Source of the DNA: Dehalococcoidia bacterium
GTDB taxonomy: Bacteria > Chloroflexota > Dehalococcoidia > UBA2979
Direction: 5' to 3'
NCBI GenBank assembly: GCA_964291495.2
Contig: OZ219872.1
Location: 480,001-544,000 of the forward strand
DNA length: 64,000 nt
Part shown: in pieces, positions 19,379 to 29,387 of the stretch
Numbering within the stretch: position 1 is the stretch's first letter
Layout of the letters: each line of letters opens with the position of its first letter
Translations under genes and position numbers: made by a program
The notes under the pieces: generated by a model
What the model saw: the letters and a program-made list of their open reading frames with translations, nothing else
Databases searched by the model: none
Told to the model about the DNA's origin: nothing

Positions 19379-20248
19379 ATGGACCGGGAAGAGATGACCA
19401 CCGCCGACAACGAACTCGACGGACGCGTCGCCCTCGTGACCGGGGCGAGCCGCGGGATCGGCCTGGCGATTGCGCGGCGGTTTGCCGCGGCGGGGGCGCA
19501 CGTTGCCGTCTCCGCGAGGAGCCTCGACACGTCAGCGACGTTCCCGGGGACGCTCGCCGAGACGGTGCGGCTGATCGAGGACACCGGTGGCAAGGCGTTC
19601 CCGGTCCGCGCGGACGTCACGCGGGCGGTCGACCGGGCGCGCCTGATCGAGGAGGTGCAGGCCGAGCTGGGGCCGATCGACGTGCTCGTCAACAACGCGG
19701 GGACGGCCTCGTACTCTCCGGCCGCCGACGTCTCCCCCGATGACTACGACTACACGGTCGCCCAGTACTTCCGGGCGCCGTTCGAGCTCTCGCAGCGCGT
19801 GATCCCGGGCATGCGGGAGCTTGGGGGCGGCTGGATCCTCAACATCGGCTCCTCCACCGCGCGACACCCCGATGGGCCGCCCTACAACGAGTCGGCCCGC
19901 ACGCTCGGCCTCGTCCTCTACGCGTCGCTGAAGGCGGCGCTGCATCGCTTCACCGCGGGGCTCGCGGCCGAGCTGCACGAGGACGGCATCGCCGTCAACT
20001 CCGTCGCGCCCGTCGCCGCCGTGCGCACGCCGAGCGTCGAGGCGGCCGGGGTGCTCTCCCCGGACCGGCCGGAGATCATCGAGCCCGCCGAGTTCATGGC
20101 CGAGGCGGCCCTGGCCCTCTGCGCCGGCGATCCGCGCACGCTGACGGGCCGCGTCGTCTACAGCAGCCCGATCCTGACCGAGCTGGGGCGCACCGTCCGC
20201 ACCCTCGATGGTCGCGAGGTCTACCCGGTCCAGCCCGTAGCGCGGTAG
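19379..20248 (+). CDS. SDR
   Basis: TGASRGIG, VNNAG and YASLK motifs. Start could also be ATG 19393. Confidence 0.9.
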   Translation: MDREEMTTADNELDGRVALVTGASRGIGLAIARRFAAAGAHVAVSARSLDTSATFPGTLAETVRLIEDTGGKAFPVRADVTRAVDRARLIEEVQAELGPIDVLVNNAGTASYSPAADVSPDDYDYTVAQYFRAPFELSQRVIPGMRELGGGWILNIGSSTARHPDGPPYNESARTLGLVLYASLKAALHRFTAGLAAELHEDGIAVNSVAPVAAVRTPSVEAAGVLSPDRPEIIEPAEFMAEAALALCAGDPRTLTGRVVYSSPILTELGRTVRTLDGREVYPVQPVAR

Positions 20249-20275
20249 GAGTGGCGCCGCCGACGAGACGGCGGG

Positions 20276-20734
20276 TCAGGCTTCGTGCGTTCCGGCGGCG
20301 TCGGCGAGCGCGCGCTCGAGCGCGGCCTCCTGCCGCGATCCGAGCAGCCGGGTGCCCTCGCCATCGACGAGCACGATCGTCCCGCGACCGATCGCCTGGT
20401 GCTCCTCGATCTGCACCGAGTCGAAGCGCGTGTCGACGATGAAGCCGGTCGGCGCGGTGTGCATCAGATCCTCGAGCGACTCGGTCAGCACGGAGACCGT
20501 CGCGATGCCGTCGAGGCGCCTCAGCGTCCCGATCAGCTCCGCCGGTTCCTGGTCGAGGTGCAGGCCGACGGAGAGCAGCAGATCCTCGACGTCGGGGTCG
20601 CCGCCGGGCATCGAGGGCGCGTCGCCGACCCTGAGCTCCTGCGGGTGCGAGGCGTTGAGTGTCGCGCCGATCCGCACGGCGTCGTCGGGCCGCAGAGTCC
20701 AGCAGAAGCGGATGTTGGTCTCTTCCCCCGCCAT
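20276..20734 (-). CDS. Hypothetical protein (152 aa)
   Basis: Fills the gap between convergent genes. Typical codon usage. TGcTAGGCT hexamer 6 nt before the ATG. No family recognised. Confidence 0.7.
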   Translation of the reverse strand: MAGEETNIRFCWTLRPDDAVRIGATLNASHPQELRVGDAPSMPGGDPDVEDLLLSVGLHLDQEPAELIGTLRRLDGIATVSVLTESLEDLMHTAPTGFIVDTRFDSVQIEEHQAIGRGTIVLVDGEGTRLLGSRQEAALERALADAAGTHEA

Positions 20735-20786
20735 GCGAGGAGCCTAGCACGTCCGGCGATGGCCCCGCCGATACCGCGCCGTCGCG

Positions 20787-22460
20787 CTACCCCGTGATCG
20801 CGCCCTCGGCGGCGCTCGAGACCGAGCGCGCGTACTTGGCGAACACGCCGCGCTGCCAGCGCGGCGGCGGGGGCGTCCAGTCGCCCAGGCGGCGCGCCAC
20901 CTCCGCCGCGTCCACCTCGAGATCAAGCGTGCGGCCGTCGATGTCGAAAGCGATGATGTCGCCCTCGCGGACGGCGGCGATCGGCCCGCCCGCGGCGGCC
21001 TCGGGCGCGACGTGGCCGGCCATCAGCCCGCGCGTCGCGCCGCTGAAGCGCCCGTCCGTGAGCAGCGCGACCGTCTCGCCGAGGCCGGCGCCGACCAGCG
21101 CCGCGGTCACGCCCAGCATCTCGCGCATGCCGGGCCCACCGACCGGGCCCTCGTTGCGGATCACCAGCACGTCGCCCTCGTTGATCGCGCCCTCCAGCAC
21201 GGCCTCGAGGGCGTACTCCTCCTGCTCGAAGACGCGCGCCGGGCCGCGGTGCTGCGTGCGCTCGTAGCCGGCGACCTTCACCACGCAGCCGTCGGGCGCG
21301 AGGCTGCCGTGCAGGATCACGAGGCCGCCCGTTTCCTTCAGCGGGTCGTCGAGCTCGCGCACCACGTCCTGGCCGGGCGTCTCGACGGCGTCCGCGGCCT
21401 CTTCGGCCAACGTCCGGCCCGTCACCGTCATCACGTCGCCGTGGACCTTGCCGCCCTCGACCAGCCGCTGCGCGACGAGCTGGATGCCGCCCGCGCGGTC
21501 GAGGTCGAGCGCGACGTAGCGACCCCCCGGCCGCAGGTCGCCGATCAGTGGGGTCCGCTCGCTGATCTCGTCGAAGTCGTCGATCTCCAGCGGGATGCCG
21601 GCCTCGCGCGCGAGCGCGAGCAGGTGCAGCACGACGTTGGTCGAGCCGCCCGTGGCGGCGGCGCACGCGATGCCGTTCTCGATTGCCTCGCGCGTCAGGA
21701 TGTCACTCGGCTTCAGCCCGCGCTGCAGCACGTCCATGACGAGCTGCCCCGCCTCGAAGCCGACGCGGTCCTTCCGAGGATCGGTCGCGCCGACCGACCC
21801 GCTGCCCATCGGCGCGATGCCGAGGAACTCGAGCACCATCGCCATGGTGTTGGCGGTGTACTGCGCGCCGCAGGCGCCCGCGCCGGGGCAGGCGGCGTCC
21901 TCGATCGCGGTCAGTTGCTCTTCGGTGATCGTGCCGGCGGCGTGCTGGCCGACTCCCTCGAAGACGTCCTGGATCGTGAGGTCTCGCCCGTCGAGGCGTC
22001 CGGGGTCGATCGAGCCGCTGTAGAGCACGAGGCTGGGGATGTCGAGGCGCGCGAGGGCGAGCGTGGCCGCGGGAATCGTCTTGTCGCAGCCGACGAGTAC
22101 GATCGCCGCGTCGAACCCGTAGCCGATGCCGCAGAGCTCGATCGAGTCGGCGATCAGCTCGCGGCTGATCAGCGAGGCCTTCATGCCCTGCGTGCCCATC
22201 GAGATGCCGTCGCTGATCGAGACGGTGTTGATCTCCATGGGCGTGCCGCCGGCGGCGCGCACGCCGACCATGACATGCTGCGCCAGCTCGCGCTGGCTGA
22301 AGTTGCAGGGCATGGTGCCGATCCAGCTGTGCGCGACCATCACCAGCGGGCGCTGCAGGTCCTCGCTGGTGAGCCCGACCGACTTGAGGTACGAGCGCGC
22401 GGGCGCGCGGTCCGGCCCGTCGACGAACGTGCGGCTGCGGTGCCGGGGGTCAAGCGTCAT
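20787..22460 (-). CDS. ilvD: Dihydroxy-acid dehydratase
   Basis: [45 protein letters not shown] and TDGRFSG motifs. Confidence 0.96.
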   Translation of the reverse strand: MTLDPRHRSRTFVDGPDRAPARSYLKSVGLTSEDLQRPLVMVAHSWIGTMPCNFSQRELAQHVMVGVRAAGGTPMEINTVSISDGISMGTQGMKASLISRELIADSIELCGIGYGFDAAIVLVGCDKTIPAATLALARLDIPSLVLYSGSIDPGRLDGRDLTIQDVFEGVGQHAAGTITEEQLTAIEDAACPGAGACGAQYTANTMAMVLEFLGIAPMGSGSVGATDPRKDRVGFEAGQLVMDVLQRGLKPSDILTREAIENGIACAAATGGSTNVVLHLLALAREAGIPLEIDDFDEISERTPLIGDLRPGGRYVALDLDRAGGIQLVAQRLVEGGKVHGDVMTVTGRTLAEEAADAVETPGQDVVRELDDPLKETGGLVILHGSLAPDGCVVKVAGYERTQHRGPARVFEQEEYALEAVLEGAINEGDVLVIRNEGPVGGPGMREMLGVTAALVGAGLGETVALLTDGRFSGATRGLMAGHVAPEAAAGGPIAAVREGDIIAFDIDGRTLDLEVDAAEVARRLGDWTPPPPRWQRGVFAKYARSVSSAAEGAITG

Positions 22461-22526
22461 CTCACACCTCCGTGGTTGAGGCCCTCGGGATCGCGCGCCA
22501 AGCATCGCGCGGAGGAGCCGCGACTG

Positions 22527-23072
22527 CTAGGGGAAGTCCTCGTCCTCGCCCTCGACCGGTATCTCCGCCTCGTCCGAGTGGCCGTTGGCGCCGGGGCAGA
22601 AGTGCGCCCCGTCGCCCTCGAGCGGCTGGCCGCAGAGCGGGCAGCGAGGGCGCCCCGCGGCGACGACCGAGCCGATGGTGGCGACCAGCGAGCGCGCGGC
22701 GTCGCGGCCGATCTCCATGCGGAAGGCGGGGGTCGCCCCCTGCGTGAGCGCCTCCTGGTCGTCGGCGAGCAGGCGCACCCGCCCGCCGCCGTCCTCGCTG
22801 TAGTCGAGCCCGAGCCGCGCCACCTGGAACTCGACGTCGGGGTCGGGGCCGAACTCGCCCATCTCGGGCGGAGCGGGGAGCGGATCGTCGCGCCTCGGGG
22901 CGCGGTCGGCGAGCAGGCGCGAGATCGCGCGGCCGAGGACGGTGAGCTGCTCCTTCTCCATCCAGAGCGCGGCGCGCATCGCGCCGGAGCGGGCGCGCAG
23001 GCGGAAGGTGCGCTGGCCGGGCTCGCCGATCGCCTCGGCGTCCACCACGTCCACGAGGCCGAAGTCGATCAT
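22527..23072 (-). CDS. DUF3090 family protein
   Basis: AIGEPGQRTF, MEKEQL and AAGRPRCPLCGQPL...HFCP..NGH motifs. Confidence 0.85.
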   Translation of the reverse strand: MIDFGLVDVVDAEAIGEPGQRTFRLRARSGAMRAALWMEKEQLTVLGRAISRLLADRAPRRDDPLPAPPEMGEFGPDPDVEFQVARLGLDYSEDGGGRVRLLADDQEALTQGATPAFRMEIGRDAARSLVATIGSVVAAGRPRCPLCGQPLEGDGAHFCPGANGHSDEAEIPVEGEDEDFP

Positions 23073-23191
23073 CGCGCGCGCGGCCCCGCCGGTTCGTCAG
23101 GTCTCGAGGGTGTCGGTCGGCTGAGCGTAGGCAGCGCGCGATCGGCGGTCAACCGCCCCCGCGCTCGCCGCCCACCGCGGGGCCGCCGGGC

Positions 23192-24517
23192 TCAGTCCAC
23201 TTTCCGGATCGACGCCATGATCTGGTCGAACAGGGCATCGGCGGCGGGCGAAGCGGTGACGCGCTCGAACTCCGTGCCGGTCGTCGGGTCGATCGAGAGC
23301 ACGGAGCCCGTTCCCGCGTCGATCAGCGTGACCAGCGCCCACTGCGGGCCGGGAGGATAGCGCGGGGAGTAGTCGACGTTGGCGTACCCGCCCGGGGTCA
23401 GCTCGGCGCCCGCGGGCACGTCCACGACGAACGGCGACCCCGCGTAGATCCGGTAGGTTCCCTCACGCGCGGGCTCGCCTCGCAGCAGCACCGGCAGCGC
23501 GCCGGGAGCCGGGATGCCGGGGCGGACACGCCACACGAACTCGACGTCCCTCGCGGCGCGCGGATCGTCGACGAAGCCACCGCACCCGCCGCCGTCACGT
23601 TGTACGTACTCGATGCCGAACACCCGCGGAGTCGCCGCCGAAGCAACGCTCGTCACCCTGAAGCGGAAGCTGCAGTCGAGGCCGTTCGTTCTGTAGTCGA
23701 AGCTGTCGCCGACCTCGACGATGTCGTAGAAGGCGCCGCGCGATGTCCCACTCGCGTCCGCCGGGTGGATCCGCAACTCGACGCCGGCGGCGGGGAGGGC
23801 GTCGAAGTTCCCGATCGCGCTCGTAGCATCCCCGGCCGTCGTGAGGAGGGCGTAGCTCCCCGCCGCGGCCGCCGCGCCGGTCGTGTCGAGCTGGCTGTAG
23901 CGCAGGCTTGGGACCAGGAACCTCGTCGTCACCACGACGCCGAGCTCGTGGTCGAGACCGGGCTGCAGTGGCGGCCCCGCCGCCGTCAGGTCGAAGGTGA
24001 TGAGCGTGGAACCGGCCTCGTCGGTCGTGACGATGAAGGTGTAGGTCGTTCCTCCCGGCTGAACGAGGTGCGACGCGGAGACCGGCGGCGGACTCCCCTC
24101 CGGCGTGCGCCGCAGCCGGAAGCCGGCGTACCGCGCGGGCAGCGATGCCGCCGTGACGACCGTGACCTGCTGCCCGCGCTCCACGTGGTAGCGGCCGTTC
24201 CCATCCGGATCGAGCAGGGCGCCGTCGGGGATGTCCGCGACGCGGGCGTAGTCGTCGGGTGCTCCGAGGTAGACCGCGAGGATGCAGTCGGCGTCGGCCG
24301 GCGTCGCGCAGGCGCCGGGCGCTGGAGTCGGTGCGGGCGTGGCCGTCGGCGACGGCGTGGCCGTGGGGGTCGGGGTGGCCGCAGCCGTCGGCGTCACAAG
24401 CGCCGTCGGGACGGGCGTCGGCTCATCGCTCCACGCGTTGCCGCAGCCCGCAAGCCCACCGGCCGCGGCCAGCGCGACGGCAATCGAGAGCAGCACCAAT
24501 GACAGTCGGGTACGCAC
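23192..24517 (-). CDS. Hypothetical lipoprotein with Pro/Thr-rich linker
   Basis: Hydrophobic signal with LAGC lipobox, then a TPTATPSPTATP linker and an unrecognised domain. Confidence 0.75.
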   Translation of the reverse strand: MRTRLSLVLLSIAVALAAAGGLAGCGNAWSDEPTPVPTALVTPTAAATPTPTATPSPTATPAPTPAPGACATPADADCILAVYLGAPDDYARVADIPDGALLDPDGNGRYHVERGQQVTVVTAASLPARYAGFRLRRTPEGSPPPVSASHLVQPGGTTYTFIVTTDEAGSTLITFDLTAAGPPLQPGLDHELGVVVTTRFLVPSLRYSQLDTTGAAAAAGSYALLTTAGDATSAIGNFDALPAAGVELRIHPADASGTSRGAFYDIVEVGDSFDYRTNGLDCSFRFRVTSVASAATPRVFGIEYVQRDGGGCGGFVDDPRAARDVEFVWRVRPGIPAPGALPVLLRGEPAREGTYRIYAGSPFVVDVPAGAELTPGGYANVDYSPRYPPGPQWALVTLIDAGTGSVLSIDPTTGTEFERVTASPAADALFDQIMASIRKVD

Positions 24518-24616
24518 GGCATCTCGTCCGAGCGAATACTACGCCGCCTCCTCGCGACCGGTTCCCGCGCCCCCTTCGCGCAGCCCGCAGCGCGCGCCTC
24601 GCCTACCATGGAGACC

Positions 24617-25588
24617 ATGACCGCGCCCCCGCCCGACGGCATCGAGGTGCACGAGGACGTGCCGCTCGCGCGGCATACCTACCTGCGCCTCGGCGGGCCG
24701 GCGCGCTACTTCGCGATTCCCGAGGACGCCGCGCAGCTCGAGCGGCTGCTCGCCTGGGCGCGCGGCGAGGCGCTCTCCGTGCGCGTGCTCGGCGGCGGCT
24801 CCAACCTGCTCGTCGCCGACGAGGGCGTCGACGCCCTCGTCGTCTCGCTGCGCCGCGCGGCGGGCTCGTACCGCTTCGAGGGCGAGCGCGTGAGCGCCGG
24901 GTCCGCGGTGATGCTGCCCGCGCTGAGCCGCGCCGCCGCCGACCGCGGCCTCGGCGGCCTCGAGTTCGCGATCGGCATCCCCGGCGCCCTCGGTGGCGCG
25001 CTCAACAGCAACGCCGGCATCGGCGACGGCCGCGCGATCGGCGACCTCGTCGAGTCCGTCGACGTGCTCGGCGGGCGCGGTCGCATGACGATCCCGCGCG
25101 ACCAGCTCTACTTCGGCTACCGCCGCTCCTCGCTGCGCGGGGCGGGCGTCATGGTCCTCGGCGCGACGCTGCGGCTGCGCCCGCGCCCGAGCGAGGAGAT
25201 CGAGGCGGAGCTGCGCGAGCTGCTCTCGCACCGCCAGGCCACGCAGCCGACCGCCGGCCCGAACGCCGGCTCCGTCTTCACCAACCCCGAGGGCGACTAC
25301 GCCGGGCGGCTGATCGAGGCGGCGGGCTGCAAGGGCCTCGCCGTCGGCGAGGCGCGGGTGAGCGAGCTGCACGCCAACTTCTTCGTGCACGACGGCGGCG
25401 CCAGCGTCGCCGAGATGGTCGAGCTGATGGCGGAGGTGCAGCGCCGCGTCATCGAGCACTCGGGCGTGCGCCTCCAGCCGGAAATCGAGTGGTGGGGCGA
25501 CGGCCCCCTGCCCGAGGTGTTCGCCGAGCCGGAGCCGGACCTGCCGGACGAGTCGGAGGCCGCGAACGGCGAGCGCGCGGTCTTCTGA
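24617..25588 (+). CDS. murB: UDP-N-acetylenolpyruvoylglucosamine reductase
   Basis: T.LRLGGPA, LGGGSNLLV.D, GLEFAIGIPG, NAG, FGYRRS, NAGSVF.NP and HANFF motifs. Start may be 24608. Confidence 0.95.
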   Translation: MTAPPPDGIEVHEDVPLARHTYLRLGGPARYFAIPEDAAQLERLLAWARGEALSVRVLGGGSNLLVADEGVDALVVSLRRAAGSYRFEGERVSAGSAVMLPALSRAAADRGLGGLEFAIGIPGALGGALNSNAGIGDGRAIGDLVESVDVLGGRGRMTIPRDQLYFGYRRSSLRGAGVMVLGATLRLRPRPSEEIEAELRELLSHRQATQPTAGPNAGSVFTNPEGDYAGRLIEAAGCKGLAVGEARVSELHANFFVHDGGASVAEMVELMAEVQRRVIEHSGVRLQPEIEWWGDGPLPEVFAEPEPDLPDESEAANGERAVF

Positions 25589-25658
25589 GCCCGCCCGCGC
25601 CCTCGCCGCACACATCGGGCCGCCCAAGGCGCTAGGCTGCGCGCAAAGGAGCAAGGCG

Positions 25659-26459
25659 ATGAGCGAACGACACGTACTCGACGAGCAGAACGGCGCGGTG
25701 CTGACGCTGACGCTGAACCGCGCGGAGAAGCGCAACGCCCTCGGCAACCAGCTGCGCGGCGAGCTGGACGAGTGCCTCGCGCGCGCCGGCGAGGACGATT
25801 CGATCTCCGTGATCGTGATCAAGGCCAACGGGCCGGACTTCTCCGCCGGCATGGACGTGCGGGCGAACATCGGCATCAACGCCGAGCTGGCGGCGGCGCA
25901 GCGCGGCGTAACTGGACTGCAGGACTTCATGCTGCGCGTGCGCGACGTACCGAAGGCAACGATCGCGCAGGTGCACGGGCACTGCGTCGGCCTCGCAACG
26001 CAGCTCGCGATCTGCTGCGACATCGTCGTCGCCGCCGAGGACGCGCGGATCGGCGTGCCCGGCTGGCCGAACGACTGGATCGCGGACTGGTGGGTCTTCC
26101 GCGTCGGGGCGCAGCGCGCGAAGCTGATGAACTTCACCAGCGGCAGCCTGCTCAGCGGCCTCGAGGCGGTCGAGTGGGGCTTCGCCGCGAAGGCCTTCCC
26201 GGCGGAGCGCCTCGACGCGGAGACGCAGCGGCTGGCCACCTGGATCGCGAAGACGCCGGCGGAGATGCTGCGGCTCAAGAAGCACGCCATCAACCAGGCG
26301 GAGGACCAGATGGGCTTCCGCACGGTCGCGCGCTACACGGCCACCCAGAACACGCTGATCTCACGCTCGGAGAGCGGGCACACCGGCGGCGACTACGCAC
26401 GCGAGCACGGCTTCGCCGCCGCACGCGAGCGCTACGGCCCGCCGCCGCCCGTCGAGTAG
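25659..26459 (+). CDS. Enoyl-CoA hydratase/isomerase family protein (atypical active site)
   Basis: LNRAEKRNAL, FSAGMD and PKATIAQVHG motifs. Lacks the usual catalytic Glu residues. Confidence 0.88.
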   Translation: MSERHVLDEQNGAVLTLTLNRAEKRNALGNQLRGELDECLARAGEDDSISVIVIKANGPDFSAGMDVRANIGINAELAAAQRGVTGLQDFMLRVRDVPKATIAQVHGHCVGLATQLAICCDIVVAAEDARIGVPGWPNDWIADWWVFRVGAQRAKLMNFTSGSLLSGLEAVEWGFAAKAFPAERLDAETQRLATWIAKTPAEMLRLKKHAINQAEDQMGFRTVARYTATQNTLISRSESGHTGGDYAREHGFAAARERYGPPPPVE

Positions 26460-26536
26460 CCCTCGAGGGCTGCTACCAGGCCCAGGCGTCGTTGTCCTGC
26501 GCGAGGGCGCGCAGGTGGTTGATCTCGCCCGCGCGG

Positions 26537-26742
26537 AGCGCATCCCCTCTGGTCCCCTCTCCCCGAGGGAGAGGGTCAGGGTGAGGGAGGATCCCCCCTC
26601 TGAGTTTCGCTGCGCCGTCGGGGCTTGGGGAGGGGCGCGGGAGTTCTCCCCCTCACCCCTGCCCTCTCCCCAGGGAGAGGGGGCCGGATCGGGCTTATGG
26701 GAGGTTCGCACACGTCTCCCCAGGGCGAGGGGAGCGGAGGGG
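26537..26742. repeat. Composite ~200-bp BoxC-like repeat element, copy 2
   Basis: Colinear with 16082-16285 (CATCCC..GGT.CCCTCTCCCCGAGGGAGAGGGT.AGGGTGAGGGAGGATCC...CCCCTCACCCC.GCCCTCTCCCC.GGGAG...GCCGGATCGG). Confidence 0.8.
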
Positions 26743-27555
26743 CTAGCGGCCCTTGAAGACGGGCTTGCGCTTCTCGGAGAAGGCCTTCGGGCCCTCGGCG
26801 GCGTCGTCCGAGGTCTGAACGATGGTCATCGCCGCCTGCGCGGCCTCGAGCGCCTCGGTGAAGGAGGTGCTCTGGCCGCGGTAGACCAGCCGCTTCGCCA
26901 TCTGCATCGTGATCGGCGGGCCGGAGGCGAGCTTCGCGGCGTACGCGTAGACCTCGTCCATCAGCGAGTCGTGCGGGACGACGCGCGAGACGTAGCCGAT
27001 GTCGAGCGCCTCCTGGGCGCTGAACAGGTCGCCGCTCCAGATCAGCTCGAGCGCCTTCTGCAGGCCGACCAGCCGCGGCAGCAGCCAGGCCCCACCGTCG
27101 CCGGGGATCAGCCCGACGTTGACGTAGGCCATCCCGAAGCGCGCCTGATCCGAGGCAATGCGGATGTCCGCCATCGAGCACATGTCCATGCCGGCGCCGA
27201 CCGCCGCGCCGTTGATCGCGACGAGGTAGGGCTTGTCCAGGTACTGGAGCGCCTGCGGCACTCGCTGCACGCTGTAGCGAAGCGAGTTGCGGCGCATCGC
27301 CGGCGTCCAGCTCTCGTCCGAGGCGAGGATCGCGTTCTCCTCGGCGCGCGCCTTCACGTCGGCGCCCGCGCAGAAGGCGCGACCCGCGCCGGTCACGACG
27401 ACGACGCGCACGCTCTCGTCCTCGGCGGCTTCCGTGACGGCCTCGGCCCAGCTCGCCAGCAGTTGCTCGCTGAACGAGTTCATCCGCTCGGGCCGGTTGA
27501 GTGTGATCGTCGCGATGCCGTCCTGCACCTCGTAGATAATGTCCTGGTACTCCAC
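26743..27555 (-). CDS. Enoyl-CoA hydratase/isomerase family protein
   Basis: LNRPERMNS, FCAGAD, AINGAAVGAG, GLIPGDGG and EGPKAFSEKRKPVFKG motifs. GTG start. Confidence 0.93.
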   Translation of the reverse strand: MEYQDIIYEVQDGIATITLNRPERMNSFSEQLLASWAEAVTEAAEDESVRVVVVTGAGRAFCAGADVKARAEENAILASDESWTPAMRRNSLRYSVQRVPQALQYLDKPYLVAINGAAVGAGMDMCSMADIRIASDQARFGMAYVNVGLIPGDGGAWLLPRLVGLQKALELIWSGDLFSAQEALDIGYVSRVVPHDSLMDEVYAYAAKLASGPPITMQMAKRLVYRGQSTSFTEALEAAQAAMTIVQTSDDAAEGPKAFSEKRKPVFKGR

Positions 27556-27617
27556 GCCAACCGCCTTTCCGCTGGTCGCGCCTGCTTGCTCGTCTGCTCC
27601 CGTGCCGCCTCGCCCGG

Positions 27618-28382
27618 CTAGCGTCCCGTGAACCGCGGCGTGCGCTTCTCCGCGAAGGCGACGGCCGCCTCCATCGTGTCGTCGAGGTCGTTGAGGTAGG
27701 TGCGCGCCTCGACCTCGCGGTCGAGCATCGGCGCGTCCGGCATGTTGCGCATCGAGCGCATCAGCGCCTTCGTGCGGTAGACGTGCTGGGGCGGCAGCGC
27801 GAGCACGCGATCGGCCCAGTGCTGCGCCGTCTCCAGTAGCTGGTCGTCGGCGACAACCTCGTTGACGAGGCCGTGCTGGTAGGCGCGCCGCGCGTCGATG
27901 CGATCGCCGATCAGCGTCAGCTCCGCGCCGATGCACCACGGCAGCGACTCGACGGCCGAGAACCAGTACGGGCCCATCAGCCCCGTCGGGATTTCCGCCA
28001 TCCCGAACTGCGCCGACTCCGCGGCGATGCGGAAGTCGCAGCCGACGGTGATGTACCAGCCGAGACCGATCGCGAAGCCGTTGACGGCGGCGATCAGCGG
28101 CTTATCCGTGTCGACGATGCCGAAGATGTTGTACTCGTAGGAGTAGCGCGGCAGGGTCGCCTCGCCGGCCTCGACCTGCGCCTTGATGTCTCGCCCGGCG
28201 CAGAACGAGCGCCCCGTGCCGGTGATGATCCCCACCCAGGCGTCATCGTCGTTGTCGAAGTCGAGCAGCGCCTCGCGGAACGCGAGGCCCATCTCGTGGG
28301 TGAAGGCGTTCAGCCGCTCGGGCCGGTTGAACGTGATCCTCGCGACGTGGTTGTCGACCTCGTACTGGACGAACTCGGACAT
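27618..28382 (-). CDS. Enoyl-CoA hydratase/isomerase family protein
   Basis: FNRPERLNAF, FCAGRD, KPLIAAVNG, FGMAE and AFAEKRTPRFTG motifs. Confidence 0.93.
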   Translation of the reverse strand: MSEFVQYEVDNHVARITFNRPERLNAFTHEMGLAFREALLDFDNDDDAWVGIITGTGRSFCAGRDIKAQVEAGEATLPRYSYEYNIFGIVDTDKPLIAAVNGFAIGLGWYITVGCDFRIAAESAQFGMAEIPTGLMGPYWFSAVESLPWCIGAELTLIGDRIDARRAYQHGLVNEVVADDQLLETAQHWADRVLALPPQHVYRTKALMRSMRNMPDAPMLDREVEARTYLNDLDDTMEAAVAFAEKRTPRFTGR

Positions 28383-28411
28383 GGGTACCCCCTCCTCAGC
28401 GCCTCGCGGCG

Positions 28412-29326
28412 CTACAGCTGCGCCTGCTCCGCGACGCTCGCGAGCACGCGCATCGTCTCTTCGGCCGGCGGCCGTTCGCCCGCGAGGGCGGCCGCACGAA
28501 CCTCTCCCCAGCGCTCGAACGGCAGCGGCGTGCCGGGGTGGTTGTACACCCCGACGACCAGCCGGTCCGCACCCGCCGACTCGTAGGCGCGCTGCGTCTC
28601 GGGCGTGGCGTCCATCGCGAAGACGGTGATCTCCATCCTCGAGGCGTCGCGCCCCAGTTCGGCGCACCAGCGCTCGATCTCGCGCCGCCCCTGCTCGCAC
28701 TCCTCGGGTGAGGCCATGACCGGCAGCCAGCCATCGCCGACACGCGCGATGCGGCGGAACGTGCGATCCGAGGCGGGCGCGCCGATCAGCACCGGCGGGT
28801 GCGGCCGCTGCTTCGGGATCGGGTCGCAGCGCACCTCGCCGAAGCGGATGCGCTTGCCCTCGAAGCTGGCGCTGCCGTGCTCCCAGAGCTTCTTCATCGC
28901 GAGGACGGACTCGTTGGCGTAGCCCCAGCGGTCGGCGAAGTCCGTGCCGTAGAGCTCGATCTCCTCACGCAGCCAGCCCGCCCCGACGCCGAGCGTGACG
29001 CGCCCGCCCGAGAAGTTGTCGAGCGTGCCGACGGTGTTCGCCAGCGTCAGCGGGTGGCGCTCCGGCAGCAGCGTCACGCCCGTCCCGAGCCGCACCTTCG
29101 AGGTGACTGCCGCGATGAACGAGAGCAGCACGAAGGGGTCCGCCATCTCCCCGTAGAGCAGCGGGATGGCCTGGCCGGGGCGGCGGTACGGCGTCTCCGG
29201 GTTCACGGGTAGCACCGGGTGGTCCGGCACCCAGATCGACTCGAAACCGTGGCCCTCGGCGGCGCGCGCGAAGGTCACGGCGTCGACCGTGTAGCCGGTC
29301 ACGAACATCCCGACGCCGACCTTCAT
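28412..29326 (-). CDS. LLM-class putative F420-dependent oxidoreductase
   Basis: GFESIWVPDH, DPF, LGTGV, SGGRVTLGVGAGW and PKQRPHPP motifs. Confidence 0.92.
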   Translation of the reverse strand: MKVGVGMFVTGYTVDAVTFARAAEGHGFESIWVPDHPVLPVNPETPYRRPGQAIPLLYGEMADPFVLLSFIAAVTSKVRLGTGVTLLPERHPLTLANTVGTLDNFSGGRVTLGVGAGWLREEIELYGTDFADRWGYANESVLAMKKLWEHGSASFEGKRIRFGEVRCDPIPKQRPHPPVLIGAPASDRTFRRIARVGDGWLPVMASPEECEQGRREIERWCAELGRDASRMEITVFAMDATPETQRAYESAGADRLVVGVYNHPGTPLPFERWGEVRAAALAGERPPAEETMRVLASVAEQAQL

Positions 29327-29387
29327 CGCAGACCTCCAAGCCCGCGCGGGCGGCGCTGAGTATACGGGAGTGCGCGAGGGCGACCGG

